Assembly: GCA_043228905.1 (NCBI GenBank)
Contig: JBHGNT010000022.1
Coordinates: 11,904,001 to 11,968,000 of the forward strand
DNA from: Azolla caroliniana
Taxonomy: Eukaryota > Plantae > Polypodiophyta
Direction: 5' to 3'
Length of the DNA: 64,000 nucleotides
The position numbers and the translations under genes were made by a program. Below the pieces are notes generated by a model. That model did not search any database. It worked only from the letters and a program-made list of their open reading frames with translations, and was not told the DNA's origin. How positions within the stretch are numbered: position 1 is the stretch's first letter; every line of letters starts with the position of its first letter. This document shows, piece by piece, positions 62,990-64,000 of this stretch.

Positions 62990-64000
62990 AACAAATAGTT
63001 AGCACATTTATGAATACACTTTCTCATAAAGAGCAAATTCTTACTAAAGCTGTTTAATGAAAGTGAGGGACACCTTCTCATAAGAAATATATCTTATGGA
63101 AAATTTTATTTGATAAAGAATGGGATGTTTTATGTGTAGTTAAACATAGGTGTCAGATTTAGCATGATCTCTATTACATATGCGTGGATATTCCAGATAT
63201 TATATAGGTCAGTCATCACATCAATATTCAAGTGTAGTCATGATTGTTCATGAATTGTTTTGTCCACATATAGTCTATAATGATCTTGGATATGGACATT
63301 TTTTGGTGATGGAAGTTAGGTATTTTAAGGTTTTGGTATGGTTGGTAGGAATTTATGCACCCAACAATGCTAATCAACACAGTGAGTTGTGGTCTTCTAT
63401 GTATCCAAGGTTATCAATGGGTCGTGTTGGTTTGTTAATGGTAAATTTAATATGTGTCTTGATGCATCACAATGTACTTCATAATTCTCATTGATGGATT
63501 CTCTTGATCAATTTGAGACAAATTGACATCAACGGTTTTGAAGTCAAATGTATGTAAATGGTTGCATCAAGATGAGGTTGAGTTTACATTTTAGTCTATG
63601 AAATATAAGGAAACATGGAGTAGGTTGGATAGAATGTATGTTACATGCATGATAAGCCCTTTTTGCCAAAGATGCTTAATATGTCAATTGTGCAAGAGGT
63701 TGTGACTTCGGATCATTTTCCCATATGTTTGAGTTTAATAAACCTAGGTAGATATGTACGAAACATTGCTTGATCGAGTTCCTTTGAGGTTTAATTCATC
63801 TTTATTATTTCATTCCATATTTGATGACTATATGTAACACATTTTTGGCATGTTTTCAAAATAGATTAATTCAAAAGGATGACATGCATGGGATACAACA
63901 TTACAAAACATTAATGATATTCACCGTATGTATGGTATTCACCATATATATGGTATGACTAATGCTAGAGAGAGAGTCAAGAAGGCACACAAAAAAGTAA
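62990..64000 (+). mobile_element. Duplicated L1 endonuclease remnant (copy 2)
   Basis: Nearly identical to 31960-32967 (LVGIYAPN, WSRLDRMY, VTSDHFPI). Confidence 0.7.

Larger units (their letters stand above)
47971..64000 (+). repeat. Direct segmental duplication of about 17340-32967, continuing past the window end
   Basis: Same order of elements and junctions, shared inactivating lesions, and near-identical non-TE spacers. Confidence 0.93.

Overview
Repeat-rich eukaryotic DNA, most likely from a non-seed land plant. A fern is my best guess, inferred from the intronless microbial-type terpene synthases, a Tcn1-like chromovirus and tRNA-iMet-primed Copia elements. Host genes are (i) the last five exons of a VASt-domain VAD1-like gene (1-1451) and (ii) a small family of microbial-type terpene synthase-like (MTPSL) sequences. 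The family has one intact 484-aa gene (40982-42436, +), an inverted paralogue disabled by a nonsense codon and split by a very young intact Copia element (10587 down to 4328, -), and a third 5' fragment (about 10905-11215). Most of the rest is transposon-derived: a four-level nest (hAT > chromovirus Gypsy > Copia B > Copia C, 11738-26192), solo LTRs, LINE remnants and a foldback element. A direct segmental duplication (about 17340-32967 repeated at 47971-64000) runs off the window end. The most unusual signals are tRNA-like Pol III A/B-box modules in several LTR families, heat-shock elements beside LTR TATA boxes, and an exact in-frame 117-codon difference in the N-terminal extension of the two MTPSL paralogues. 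All comparisons were made by eye; no database searches were run.
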